Positions 24,618 through 37,537 of a stretch of 42,899 nucleotides of DNA are shown piece by piece. Under the pieces are notes generated by a model. It ran no database searches, was not told where the DNA came from, and saw only the letters and a list, made by a program, of their open reading frames with translations. The stretch spans positions 1 through 42,899 of the forward strand of contig NW_021835056.1 in assembly GCF_006345805.1 (NCBI RefSeq), in the 5' to 3' direction. Every line of letters begins with the position of its first letter. Position 1 is the stretch's first letter. Source of the stretch: Octopus sinensis (Eukaryota). A program made the translations under genes and the position numbers.

Positions 24618-25660
24618 AGGTGTATGATGGGCACAAATATCCCGAAGTCATTCATTCTGGCGATCCCGTCTTCTGCTGGAAGATGACAGGGGTTAGCTCC
24701 CCTGCTTGCATTATATACAGAGTGCAGATTGCCTCGATAACCTGCTAGAGGGGTCGCTTCGTAGGTTTGAAAACGTTAGTAACGTCAAACGGCCATATTG
24801 AAGTGACGATAAACATTACATCTGTGTGTGTGTGTTTGTGTGTGCGTGTGTCTGTGTCTGTGTCTGTGTCCGTGTCAGTGTGTGTCTTGCGTATGAGTGT
24901 GTAAATATATATCATATATATGGATGTATGTACATATGTATATTTACACAAACACATATACGTTTATATATACATACAACATGCATACATATATACTTGT
25001 ACATACACACATATATATACATCTATATACATTGCATATGTGTGTGGGCATGCGTGTCAATATGCGTGTGTGTGTGTATGTATGTGTATGTATGTGTATG
25101 TGTGTGTGTGTGTATGTATGTGTATGTGTGTGTGTGTGTATGTATGTGTGTGTGTGTAATTTTGCCGTTTGAGGTTTTAGCATTTCAAAATAAATACCCT
25201 TCCTCAGATATTTGAACGGGAAAAGGAAAATCAGAATAAAGATGAGAGTGAATGTAATTTTCAAGCTTCGAACATTTTTTCTTCCTCGAAATAAATCTTA
25301 ATTACAAATATCACACTACGACATAATTTGGGAAGACGTTTAGTCGACTGGATCAAATTCAATATTCATCGATCTTAGATGCAGAAAATTTTAAATCAAT
25401 ATTGCATTTGGGCCTAGAATGTAATGGGATGTGATTCTGTTTTGCAAAATGTTTTCACGCATCGCTAGAGTGTTACCAGCTAGAAGCGCGTGACTTAGTG
25501 TTTAGTACTGTCACGATCGAATAATTATGATTTCGACGAACTGTTTTCCTGAACAAAAGTCTTCATTTCTCGTTGCTGCTGTCAACTCAGTTAAAAATGA
25601 TTAACATGGCATCACAGTGGTGTCCTGTTCAAGTGGGGATATTGTGATCTTGGTCCGCTA

Positions 25661-25947
25661 TATCACCGTGACTGACCAGGCCATCAGATGTTGCTGCACA
25701 TCGCTGGTCACAATGCGCTTCCCATTGTTTTAGCCTTCAAACGATGCCACCCTGCTGGCTAAGCGAGCAGGCCGTCAGAAGAAAGAGTGGGAGAAAGAGT
25801 GGTGAAAGATCACCACCCCCTGCCGGAGCGTCGTGGAGCTTTAGGTGTTTTTGCTCAATAAACATTCACAACGCCCGATCTGGGAATCGAAACCGCGATC
25901 CTACAATCACGAGTCCAATGTCCTAACCACTGGGCCATTGCGCCTCC
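25661..25947 (-). mobile_element. SINE head C + tail Y, 9-bp TSD
   Basis: ggtccgcta at 25652-25660 and 25948-25956. Confidence 0.9.
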
Positions 25948-26871
25948 GGTCCGCTAATATATTCCATGTAAACTGATTAATCGGTCCAATCAGCCGTATG
26001 ACTCGAGACAGTACTTACAATAATGCTATTCACCACATTAGTTTACTTTCTCATTCCCAACAACAATCGTTAACATTGCCATAGCCCCACATACTTTGGT
26101 GAGGATTTTTACCGAATAGACCGCCCAACCTGTAGTACTTTATTTTTAAATATTCTATTAACTCTAAAAGGTAAAAGGCAGTTAACATATAAAGGAATGT
26201 AACTAAATATGGCAATGAATTTTGTTTACGCGCTATACCGAATCGGCTAATATTCCATCTAGTTTCTCAGACATAAATAACATAGAAAAATAATTGTCCC
26301 TGTTGCTCTGTATCTCTTGTATTGATATGATCATCTTTTAATGTGCCAGTCTGTTTTCTTCCCTTATCTCCCGCTGCGACTAATTCTCCAAGGGCACCTG
26401 TAAATCATTCATACAACAGACAGTTTTCAAAAGAGATCCTACTCTGCTGGAATTCTCTTCTCTCCGTTATTTCTATTTCTTTGACTATAATCTGTGAATT
26501 GAAATTGAGTAACAGAGTCTCACCTGCTCTGAATAGATATATACAAGTTATAAATATTAAACCTAATTATCTGCATATAATATAATAAAAATGTAATTTT
26601 TAACTGAATTAATTTCAAATTCTATTGTACCAAAACTTTATGAAATTGTATTATTACACATATATATCTACAGACTTACAAACATATTGCTTATTGAGAT
26701 AGCAGGTGGTTTAAAATGAACTGTTAGATGGATTTTCACTTTACTTGGGTGCAATATTTTGTATATAGAATCGTGTAGCTAAAGTGAATAAAATACTGTT
26801 TGTGATGTCTGGTTTTGGCCATGCTTTTACGTGTTTTGTTCGTGTTTTGTTGTGTTTCTCAGTAGAACAAG

Positions 26872-27085
26872 GTGGCTAGCTGGCAGAATCTTCAGAGCGT
26901 CGGTCATAATGTTGAATGACATTTCTTTTGTTTCTTTACGTTCTCAGTTCAAATCCAGCCTAAGTCGACTTTACCTTTCATTCTTTAGGTGTTGAGAAAA
27001 TAAGTACCAGTTGAGCAACGCGGTCTATATAATCGACTTGCCCTTCATTTCAAAATTTCTGGACTTGTACCAAAATTACAAACTT
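26872..27085 (+). mobile_element. SINE family B (alternative tail), degenerate
   Basis: gctggcagaatc...gttcaaatccagcctaagtcgactttacctttcattc...ttgtaccaaaatt. Confidence 0.7.
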
Positions 27086-27280
27086 CGTTATGAGCTGAAC
27101 CATAGCACTTCAAAATTAAAAAAAAACCACTGTTAATGCCAGAATACTTAGTGTTGGCATGCTATATTTCCATTTTATCTAGGCTTTGGTTTTATGTGTT
27201 GGTAAGTGTTATGTGATAACAATAAGAAGATAAAACTCCTGCGCAACACTTATGCATGTTTTACAGAATTTTATGGCATA

Positions 27281-27458
27281 TATTTTCCCCCTCCCCATGA
27301 GTTGGACGGTGGTCTGTCGCAGAAATACTCATTTCTGCCAGCTGAGTGGACGGGAGCAACGTTATATGAAGGGCTTTGCTCCAGAACACAAGGCATCACC
27401 CGGTACAGGAATCGAAACCACAACACCCAAATTACTAAGCTATGCGCGTCCACCAGTG
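27281..27458 (-). mobile_element. SINE head D + central module + tail X, degenerate
   Basis: Minus: ggtttcgattcctgtaccgg...gttgctcccgtccactcagctggcagaaatgagta...gcgacagaccaccgtccaactcatgggg. Confidence 0.6.
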
Positions 27459-27741
27459 TTATGTGCAACGGCTTGTATTTGATAAATTATTCATACACAA
27501 GACTTGCATTATCACTCGAATAACATTATTCGCTACCAGGTGTAGCTATTTATTTTTACTGTCAGTAGTAACTGGTATTTTCTGAGTTTATATTGATAGT
27601 TTACACTACAATTTTGTAAAGTAACTCATCAGATTAACGTAAAATGGTGCGAGTCCATCGATGGTTGAACTGGCCGAATCTTTTGAGGTCACTGTCAAAA
27701 TTTTTCTTCTTTACGAATAGTCGCCGTATTTCATTCCATAT

Positions 27742-27835
27742 CGGCTACCTCTGATAAGCGTAAGGGTACATAATCGGATTGTTGCCTAACACTCTGTTGA
27801 ATCCCTAGCGCGAAACCGATGGGTAAGATCGGCCG
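27742..27835 (+). ncRNA. Type I hammerhead ribozyme-like motif with G8 to A substitution
   Basis: CGGCU-ACCU CUGAUAA GCGUAAGGG..CCCUAGCGC GAAA CC-GAUG-GGU A AGAU-C-GGCCG. Confidence 0.55.
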
Positions 27836-28136
27836 TAATAAACATATGATACTGTACACCTCGGATAATATTTATATATACAACGGGCTTCCTTTGACAA
27901 AATTCACTCATAATGCATTAGTAGATCCGGGGGTAATAAAAAATGACATTTATCCCAGAACGGTAACAGGTGGATTGAACCAGAAACAACTTGGATGCAA
28001 ATCCAGCTTCTTAACTACACAGTCATGCTTGCACCAATGTTCAATATTTTTATGTAAATTCGAGAAGTTGTGCCATATCATAAATCCAATTTTGTTATTG
28101 ATTTGTAATATATTCATATATTTTGTAGAGTATATG

Positions 28137-28350
28137 GCGGTGAGCTGGCAGAATCGATAGCACGCCGAGAAAAATACTTATCAGCACTTCGTTCGTCTTT
28201 ACGTTCTGAGTTCAAATCCAGCCGGTGTCGACTTTGCTTTTTATACTTTCGGGATGAATGAAATAAGCACCAGTTGAGTTTTGGGATCGATGTAATCGAC
28301 ATGGCCCCTTCCCCGGAACTGCCGATCTTGTATCAAAATTTGAATCCGAT
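28137..28350 (+). mobile_element. SINE family B (alternative tail)
   Basis: ggcggtgagctggcagaatcgatagcacgccg...gagttcaaatccagcc...ttgtatcaaaatttgaa. Confidence 0.8.
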
Positions 28351-28438
28351 ATATTTGTTAAAGGCAAAATGTGAAACAACGTGGTCCTGCCAAAAGAAAA
28401 CAACTTTGATTCAATTCTGAACTACGCTATTTACCCAG

Positions 28439-28856
28439 GGACTCGAAATAAACAATGTAGGCGCTGGTGTGGCTGCGTAGGTTAGAAAATTGATTACCAA
28501 ACATTTTGTCTATAGTTCAATCTCACTACGCGGATGTCTTCGACGATAGTCCCCGGCCGACCAAATTCTTGTGAGTGGATTTGGTAGAAGGGAGCTCAAA
28601 GAAGCTCGCCGTATGAATGTGTGTGTGTATCGTTGTGTTTGAATTTGTTCGTAACATAGTTTTTCATCACAAAAGAGCGATAGAATAAGTGCCTGATTTT
28701 TCAAAAATTCAGTTGATATGTTCGGTTCGACTATATATTTCAAAGCTCAAAAGAAGCTCGGAGGGATTGAACTCTAGACAAAATGTTTGGTAATCAAGTT
28801 TCTAACCAACACAACCACACTAGCGCCTACACTTTGTACCTGTTTATTTCGAGTCC
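28439..28856. repeat. Inverted duplication of a SINE A head plus its flank
   Basis: 28456-28522 vs 28765-28831 (6 mismatches in 67 bp) and 28439-28454 vs 28841-28856 (exact). Confidence 0.9.
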
Positions 28857-28865
28857 TTTGAATAT

Positions 28866-29087
<222 letters not shown>

Positions 29088-29239
29088 TGCACGATCCTTA
29101 ACTGTTACTGGTGCTGTGATTGAATGTGACTTTTTATCCCAGCTAAAGATCTACAATATCTTGTACAAAATTGGCAATATATATACATGTGTGTTTATGT
29201 GTGTGAGTGTGTATGTTTGTGCGTGTATGTGTGTGTGTG

Positions 29240-29435
29240 TATTTGTTGCCAACCATCGCTTGACACCCAGTGAGGGTATGTTTACCTCCCCGTAACACAG
29301 CAGTTCTCCAAAACGAGACCGATCAAAAAAGAATACCACCCACCTGGGGTCGATCCGATCGTTTAAAATTGTTAAGGTGGTGCTCCAGCATGGCCGCGGT
29401 CTAATGACTGAAACATGTAAAAGATGAAAGTAAAA
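29240..29435 (+). mobile_element. SINE family A, 3' half
   Basis: accatcgcttgaca...ggtgctccagcatggccgcggtctaatgactgaaac. Confidence 0.75.
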
Positions 29436-30164
29436 AAAAAAAAACATTTGGTAAGCTTAAAAGATATTCCATTATTTCTGAGATTCTATTAATAGAATTT
29501 TTGGTGTAATTACTTATTCCCCTCCACCATCCACCAATAAATAAATAAATAAATAAATAAATAAAATCTCGTATGATATACACGAAATGCAATATTGATG
29601 TACATTTGTATAAGACAAACTGCTGTCACCAATATTTAGATTTTCCATACAGGATATCATAAGAAGGTTAAATAGTTATATCGGGAATATTCAGGGGATA
29701 TTGACGTATCGTCGTCATTCAGCAAAAGGATTAATATTTGCAGTGAAATGGAAGTACATTACTTTCTAAATGTAACTTAAAATAATACATCCACTTGAGA
29801 TTTGTATATGCACAATAATAGACTGGATTGTATCTATGTTTTAAGATTAAACTTTAAAATGTTCGAGGAATGAGGAGAATGAAAAAAGAAACGAGATAAT
29901 GTTGGAAGAAAAATATATAGACAGAGAGACAAGGGGAGATTGTAAATGGTACAGATACACAAGTGGATACCACAAAGAGTAACGCTTGGTGAGAGAGAGA
30001 GAGAGAGAGAGAGAGAAAAGAAAGTAATAAGAATCTTTGTTATAGTTGAGACTGGGGTGTGTGTGTGGCTGGGAGGACTGCGTAAGATTGAGAAATAAGT
30101 AAACAGGAACAATTTAAATGTAAACTCAAATAATTGTACATCAACTTGATATCTACAGATCAAC

Positions 30165-30399
30165 AAGGCGGCGAGCTGGCAGAAACGTTAGCGCACCGGG
30201 CGAAATGCTTTGCGGTATTTCGTCAGCCGCTACGTTCTAAGTTCAAATTCCGCCGAGGTCGACTTTACCTTTCATCTTTTCGGGGTCGATAAATTAAGTA
30301 CCAGTTACAGACTGGGGTCGATATAATCGACTTAATCCGTTTATATGTCCTTGTTTGTTTCTCCTCAGTGTTTAGCCGCTTGTGGGTAGTAAAGAAATA
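30165..30399 (+). mobile_element. SINE family B, full length, 14-bp TSD
   Basis: gatatctacagatc at 30148-30161 and 30400-30413. Confidence 0.92.
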
Positions 30400-30822
30400 G
30401 ATATCTACAGATCGATATTCCCTTAAAACATGACAGCGTAACATTTGGTTGTCAGATTTTACTTTAAGGAGAGATAAACAGACAAGCACCGGTTGTGAAG
30501 CGATGGCGGGGGGCGGTTACACAAACAAATACACTCTCAGAGACTTTCCACTTAGTTTCCATCAACCACAGTTATTCACAAGGTATCGGTTGACACGGGG
30601 GTATCGTAGAAGACATTTTCCCAGTGCGTCGTGGGGTGTAATTGAACTCTAAACCACGAGTTTGCAAAGCAAATTTCTAACCCTCACAGCAATGGCTGCC
30701 AATCATAATTAGGTATATATTTTGCATAAAAATTTTAATACTTATTGGTATGAAATTTTGGCACGAGGCTCGTAATTTCGGTCGAGAGAATAAGTCGATT
30801 TCATCGATCCCAATGGTCATTT

Positions 30823-31284
30823 GGAGGCGCAATGGCCCAATGATTAGGGCAGCGGACTCGCGGTCGGAGGATCGCGGTTTCGATTCCCAGTCCGGGCGTT
30901 GTGTGTGTTTATTGAGCGAAAACACCTAAAGCTCCACGAGGCTCCGGCAGGGGGGTGTTAACGACCCCTGTTGTACTCTGTATTCCTAGAGATGTAATCT
31001 CCAGGGATACAGGCATCCAGCAAAAGGACCTCCGTAATGCCATGATGGACCGTGAAGTCTGGCGTAGCATGGTAAATTCCATTGTCTCGACCACGGTCGA
31101 ACAATGATGATGATGATGTACTCTTTCCCCCAACTTTCTTTCACTCTCTCTTCCTGTTTCTTGAGTAACGCAGCGATGAACTGGCGTCCCGTCCAGCTGC
31201 TGGGGGGGGGGGACACATACCCCACAGAAACCGGGAAACCGGGCTATGAGCCTGGCTAGGCTTGAAAAGGGCGCATAAATAAAA
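30823..31284 (+). mobile_element. SINE head C + tail X, interrupted by a LINE fragment
   Basis: Head as at 12949; the tail gcgatgaactggcgtcccgtccag...gaaaccggg differs from tail Y. Confidence 0.85.
30980..31116 (+). mobile_element. 137-bp 3' end of a LINE (RTE-like) with (TGA)n tail and 8-bp TSD
   Basis: Open frame IPRDVISRDTGIQQKDLRNAMMDREVWRSMVNSIVSTTVEQ*; TSD tgtactct at 30972-30979 and 31117-31124. Confidence 0.75.
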
Positions 31285-31294
31285 TTTTTTAAAT

Positions 31295-31440
31295 CGTCAT
31301 ATGGTACTTATTTTATCAATCTCCGAGAGGTTAAAAGGCAAATTCGTCCTCGATGGCACTGGAAGTCAAAACGTAAAGGCGGACGAAATGCTGCAAAACA
31401 TTTTCCCGGGGTGCTAATGATTCTGCCAGCTCGCCGCCTT
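31295..31440 (-). mobile_element. SINE family B, degenerate
   Basis: ggtacttattttatcaatctccgagagg...gattctgccagctcgccgcctt. Confidence 0.75.
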
Positions 31441-31579
31441 ATTCATTTTAATACTTATTAATAAAGATGTGCAGTGTTCATTTTCTTGCATAGAGAAAAG
31501 CTAGAGTGGTGAATATCTTTTCTTTTTTACATAAGTATAAAATGTAAAAGATCCTTCACTAACAATTAGAACAGTATAT

Positions 31580-31813
31580 ATTTCTTTACTACCCACAAGG
31601 GGCTAAACACAGAGGGGACAAACAAGGACATACAAAGGGATTAAGTCGATTACATCGATCCCAGTGCGTAACTGGTACTTAATTTATCGACCCCGAAAGG
31701 ATGAAAGGCAAAGTCGACCTCGGCGGAATTTGAACTCGGAAAGCAACGACAGACGAAATACGGCTACGAATTTCACCCGGCGTACTAACGTTTCTGCCAG
31801 CTCGCCGCCTTCA
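31580..31813 (-). mobile_element. SINE family B, full length, 16-bp TSD
   Basis: aattagaacagtatat at 31564-31579 and 31814-31829. Confidence 0.92.
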
Positions 31814-31854
31814 AATTAGAACAGTATATGTTAGTCCTTGACAGTTATTGCAGT

Positions 31855-34800
31855 TATTTATACGAGGATACTCGTAAGAACGCTTCCGACATGTTATATG
31901 TTATAGCTCCATTTCAGTTGACAGAAAACAACACCTCCTGTCGTGCCTTCCTACGAAATTTACCCTGACTCGAAATGCTATAAATAAAGAATGTGTGTTT
32001 AAAATATTCTCCGTTAACGAGTACTATTAGCGTACGAAAACATCACTAATGGCTGAAACATTAATTATTGAAAGTCTAGACGACGTATTTCGTGTATACT
32101 GTATGCAAGTAGAATAATTTAATTAGCTGTCCTTGTGAGTGTAATCAGAATGAATGGCCATATTTAAGCACAAACATTTTTTCCGACTTGTTTGTAAGAA
32201 ATAAAATGTGGAACGTCTTGGCCTCGTTCCATCATTTTTCAACGCGCTTTTGTCAATCCATGGAGAAATTTATTACGTATGTGTAGTTACACAAATGAGG
32301 ACATCACCAAAGCAATATCTCCGAGGTATTTTTTTTCACTCGGAATTTTCAAAATGTTCAATTCTTATAATAAAAACGAACGTTAAATCAAACTGTAAAA
32401 TTCGTTTCAAATTTTGGCTAAAGGCCAGTAGTTTCGGGGTAGTGGATAAGTTGATTACATCTATCTTAGTGCTCAGAAAAGTACATTTTTTTTGTCGGTC
32501 CCGACAAAATGAAAGGTAAAATCGACCACGGTGGTATTTGAATTTAGAATGTAAGCATTTTCTCCGGCGTGCTGAGGATTCTGCCACGCCGCCACCTTAA
32601 AACATAATATAGATATTACAAATTTCTGAAAATCTCATCACCATGTCATTGGATTTACTACATGCATGTAAATGCGATCTTTTACACTTTCCGCACGGTC
32701 AAAAATCGGTAGCGGGAAAATATATCCGATCGGTTTTTGGCCCCATTTGATACATTCCTCAGAGATTGCAAAGCATCTTGTTCCATCGCCCCACCAAAAT
32801 AAAAAAAACAAAACATGGTCATCATAAACTGGAAAATAAGAACTTGTCTACATCATCGAATATTGTCAGTGTCTCACAGGTTTTCTTTCAAGAGTTTCCC
32901 TTTCCTACAGAGATGTTATGACAACAACAGAGAAGTCTTCTATTGGGCCAACCGCGCGCCTGGACACCAACCCAAATATTTCCACTTCCTTGCGCATACC
33001 TACATGCATACATACATGCATACATATTGTCGAATGCCCATGACTACTCATAAACTCTTCCGTCCTTTGACAGGTTTTATATTTAAAATTCATCATGCAC
33101 AGATATCACTTGAAAACAAGTAAGATCAATCACAAAAATGACAATGGGATTTCGATCAGGCGATAGCAATACTCGAACCTGAGTTTGCAAGCTTCATATA
33201 TGTATATTTCACAGCTGAGGCTGGAGCTAGGGATCTGTATTGGGCTTGTATGTTAGCAGGTATATATTAGAAGAAAAGGACAACAAAGACCAATTCAGGA
33301 CGAGTATTAGAACAATGGGAACCCACTTTAACCTAATTAAATCATTATAAATGACTTGAGATACTGGTCCTGCCTTGGTTTTTGATATCCTTTCCCCCTA
33401 ACATATGTGTGTGTATGTATACATACATACATGCCTACATACATACGCACATGTACATGTACATACGTATATTTATACGAGGATACTCGTAAGAACGCTT
33501 CCGACATGTTATATGTTATAGCTCCATTTCAGTTGACAGAAAACAACACCTCCTGTCGTGCCTTCCTACGAAATTTACCCTGACTCGAAATGCTATAAAT
33601 AAAGAATGTGTGTTTAAAATATTCTCCATTAACGAGTACTATTAGCGTACGAAAACATCACTAATGGCTGAAACATTAATTATTGAAAGTCTAGACGACG
33701 TATTTCGTGTATACTGTATGCAAGTAGAATAATTTAATTAGCTGTCCTTGTGAGTGTAATCAGAATGAATGGCCATATTTAAGCACACATTTTTTTCGAC
33801 TTGTTTGTAAGAAATAAAATGTGGAACGTCTTGGCCTCGTTCCATCATTTTTCAACGCGCTTTTGTCAATCCATGGAGAAATTTATTACGTATGTGTAGT
33901 TACACAAATGAGACATCACCAAGCATATATCTCCGAGGTATTTTTTTTCACTCGGAATTTTCAAAATGTTCAATTCTTATAATAAAAACGAACGTTAAAT
34001 CAAACTGTAAAATTCGTTTCAAATTTTGGCTAAAGGCCAGTAGTTTCGGGGTAGTGGATAAGTTGATTACATCTATCTTAGTGCTCAGAAAAGTACATTT
34101 TTTTTGTCGGTCCCGACAAAATGAAAGGTAAAATCGACCACGGTGGTATTTGAATTTAGAATGTAAGCATTTTCTCCGGCGTGCTGAGGATTCTGCCACG
34201 CCGCCACCTTAAAACATAATATAGATATTACAAATTTCTGAAAATCTCATCACCATGTCAGTTGATTACTACATGCATGTAAATGCGATCTTTTACACTT
34301 TCCGCACGGTCAAAAATCGGTAGCGGGAAAATATATCCGATCGGTTTTTGGCCCCATTTGATACATTCCTCAGAGATTGCAAAGCATCTTGTTCCATCGC
34401 CCCACCAAAATAAAAAAAAAAAAACATGGTCATCATAAACTGGAAAATAAGAACTTGTCTACATCATCGAATATTGTCAGTGTCTCACAGGTTTTCTTTC
34501 AAGAGTTTCCCTTTCCTACAGAGATGTTATGACAACAACAGAGAAGTCTTCTATTGGGCCAACCGCGCGCCTGGACACCAACCCAAATATTTCCCTTCTT
34601 GCGCATACCTACATGCATACATACATGCATACATATTGTCGAATGCCCATGACTACTCATAAACTCTCCGTCCTTTGACAGGTTTTATATTTAAAATTCA
34701 TCATGCACAGATATCACTTGAAAACAAGTAAGATCAATCACAAAAATGACAATGGGATTTCGATCAGGCGATAGCAATACTCGAACCTGAGTTTGCAAGC

Positions 34801-35075
34801 TTCATATATGTATATTTCACAGCTGAGGCTGGAGCTAGGGATCTGTATTGGGCTTGTATGTTAGCAGGTATATATTAGAAGAAAAGGACAACAAAGACCA
34901 ATTCAGGACGAGTATTAGAACAATGGGAACCCACTTTAACCTAATTAAATCATTATAAATGACTTGAGATACTGGTCCTGCCTTGGTTTTTGATATCCTT
35001 TCCCCCTAACATATGTGTGTGTATGTATACATACATACATGCCTACATACATACGCACATGTACATGTACATACG

Positions 35076-35080
<5 letters not shown>
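31855..35080. repeat. Tandem duplication, 2 x ~1.61 kb
   Basis: Copy 1 31855-33472, copy 2 33470-35080, both starting tatttatacgaggatactcg; each contains a SINE B remnant (32405-32600, 34020-34211). Confidence 0.95.
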
Positions 35081-35111
<31 letters not shown>

Positions 35112-35400
35112 CAATCTATCTACACACGCAAACGCATACGCAAGCGCTTATACATCGGCTCAATTCTATAACAGCTCACAAAAACTCTTATATTTAATAA
35201 TTATCAAATAATATATGATTCACTACAACACATACCATCCAATGTGGAGATGAAAACTATCGGAAGCATATACATACTCATTACAATTTGTAGTCCCAAA
35301 ATTTCAACAACTGAATTGCAGTAACACAAAAGAAACTCTGAAAAAGAAGAAGAAACATAACATGTATGTATATACTAGGAATAGAAAGACTCAGAATCTT

Positions 35401-35550
35401 AATGTAGGAGTGTGTGTGTGTGTGTGTGTGTGTTGTGTGTGTGTGTGTGTGTATGTGCGTGCGTGTGTGTATGTATGTGAGCGTGCATATGTGTCTGTGT
35501 GTGCGTGTGTGGGTATGTATAGTCATATTTATGTATATATATATATATGC

Positions 35551-35581
<31 letters not shown>

Positions 35582-35968
35582 TTGTGTGCGTGTGCATGGG
35601 TGTGTTTCTGTATTTCTATCTGTCTGTGTGTATGTGTGTAAGTTTGTGTGTTTCATTTAGCATTAATCCTTTATTTTCGGGTATTAAATCCCACTTTTTT
35701 CTCCTCAGTTGCAGTTTTATCAGAAATCGAATAAAGATTATATCAAAGGAGATTCTACAACATCTGTATAAAGTTTATACATACATACATACATACATAT
35801 ATACATATATATATTTATATATATTTAGATGTGTACATATACCATATATATATATATATATATATACCTATATTATATCATATATATATATATATACATA
35901 AATATGACTATACATACCCACACACGCACACACAGACACATATGCACGCTCACATACATACACACACG

Positions 35969-36003
<35 letters not shown>

Positions 36004-36010
36004 CTCCATT
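35401..36010. repeat. Inverted duplication of a microsatellite-rich segment
   Basis: 35401-35549 vs ~35880-36010, including unique words (gagcgtgcatatgtgtc, gggtatgtatagtcatatttatg, aatg(t/g)aggag). Confidence 0.9.
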
Positions 36011-36040
36011 ATATATAGTATATACATATACATATATATA

Positions 36041-36088
<48 letters not shown>

Positions 36089-36949
36089 CACATGTACTAG
36101 CGTGTGCGCGTGGTGCGTGCGTGTGATTGTGTGTGATGTGTGTGTGTGTGTGCGTTACTGCGTCTGTAGGTGTGTATGTCCGTGCTCCCGTGTTTGTGTT
36201 TTCATGTGGATATATAATGCAAGCGTTTGCTTGCTTCTGATATCCATGGACATACTTTCTAATACGTATCTAAGTGGATATATATGCAACATGCAAGCAT
36301 ATATATATATATGTGTATTTATATATACATATGTATGTATATATGTATATTTATATATGTGTGCATGTATGTGTGTATATATGTATGTGCGTATGCGTGT
36401 TTGCTAACGTATGTCTGCGCCATTGTTTACGGGTACATCCTAAGCATGTACGTTTCTGCACTATCTACGTTTGTATTCTTTGTGTGTCAGTATGTTTATC
36501 TGAGAGTATAAAGTGTAAGAGTGCAGTACAGGGAATATGGCTCTCGTGTGTAAATGCGTGTCTTTCTGTATATAAGTTTTTCTGTGCAAGCTATAAGATT
36601 CTGTTTTTAGTATATGACACATTAAAACATATACAAAAATTGTTGTACAATCACATTTCGTATTCTAAAACGTACACACACACACACACACGATCTAAAC
36701 ACTTGTGTGTGCACGTACGAGTGTGCCTGCGTGCGTGCGTGCGTGCGTGTGCATGCACTGGTTTATTTTTAGGGATGGATTAATGCAAATTGGGATTAAA
36801 GTCTTTGATCTGATGACATTCCATTCTGCTTCAATCTTCTGCGAAACCTCAGTAAACACAGTATATTTTACACAACGTAGTTTTGCTTGGTGAAACATGC
36901 ATTCTGTGTATGACTATTAATACACTCATGCACACACACGCACGTGCAG

Positions 36950-36981
<32 letters not shown>

Positions 36982-37072
36982 ACAGAAACGTGCATACATA
37001 CATACATACAAACATAAATAGATACACAAATACCTACATACATACAAACATACATACATACATAAAGGTTTC

Positions 37073-37342
37073 GACCAGAATATCGGTTGTTGCTCTACAC
37101 TACTAGTCACAATGCGCTTCGCATTGTCTTATCTTTCGAATGATGCCGGCCGTAGGCGGAGTGGCACCATTCGAAATAGCCTCCTCTTCAGAGGTCTATT
37201 CCGTCGGAGGGTTACCCATTTACAGCTGAGCAAAAGGGAGCGATGTGAGACCAAGTGTTTCACTCCACCGATTCGGGTAAGGATCCCACGATCTAGCGAG
37301 CGTGTGTGCAACTTCCTAACTATTAGGCCACGCGACTTCACC
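37073..37342 (-). mobile_element. SINE head D + central module + tail Y
   Basis: Minus: gtggcctaatagttagg head, gctcagctgtaaatgggta, tail acaatgcgaagcgcattgtgac as at 13185-13240. Confidence 0.7.
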
Positions 37343-37504
37343 TGTATGCATGTATTTATATTGTGTGTATGTATGTATGTATGTATGTATGTATGTATGT
37401 ATGTATGTATGTATGTATGTATGTATGTATGTATGGTGTATTGGATAGATTTATATTATATATATATATATATATATATAATATGTAATAATATATATAT
37501 ATAT

Positions 37505-37537
<33 letters not shown>

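Noticed and set aside
32674-32770. Minus-strand CUGAGGA...GCGGAAAGUGUA with a GCAAUCU/AGAUCGC pairing (also in the duplicate copy)
   Set aside because: Stem III and the cleavage triplet do not register with stem I, and stem II is mostly G-U pairs.
32208-34662. Duplicated 79-103 aa ORFs
   Set aside because: They overlap SINE B remnants, and indels between the two copies break the frames, so there is no coding constraint.
36800-36870. CUGAUGA...GAAACCUCAGUA hammerhead-like core
   Set aside because: Stem II cannot form and stem I has 2 mismatches in 7; core-only matches are expected by chance.
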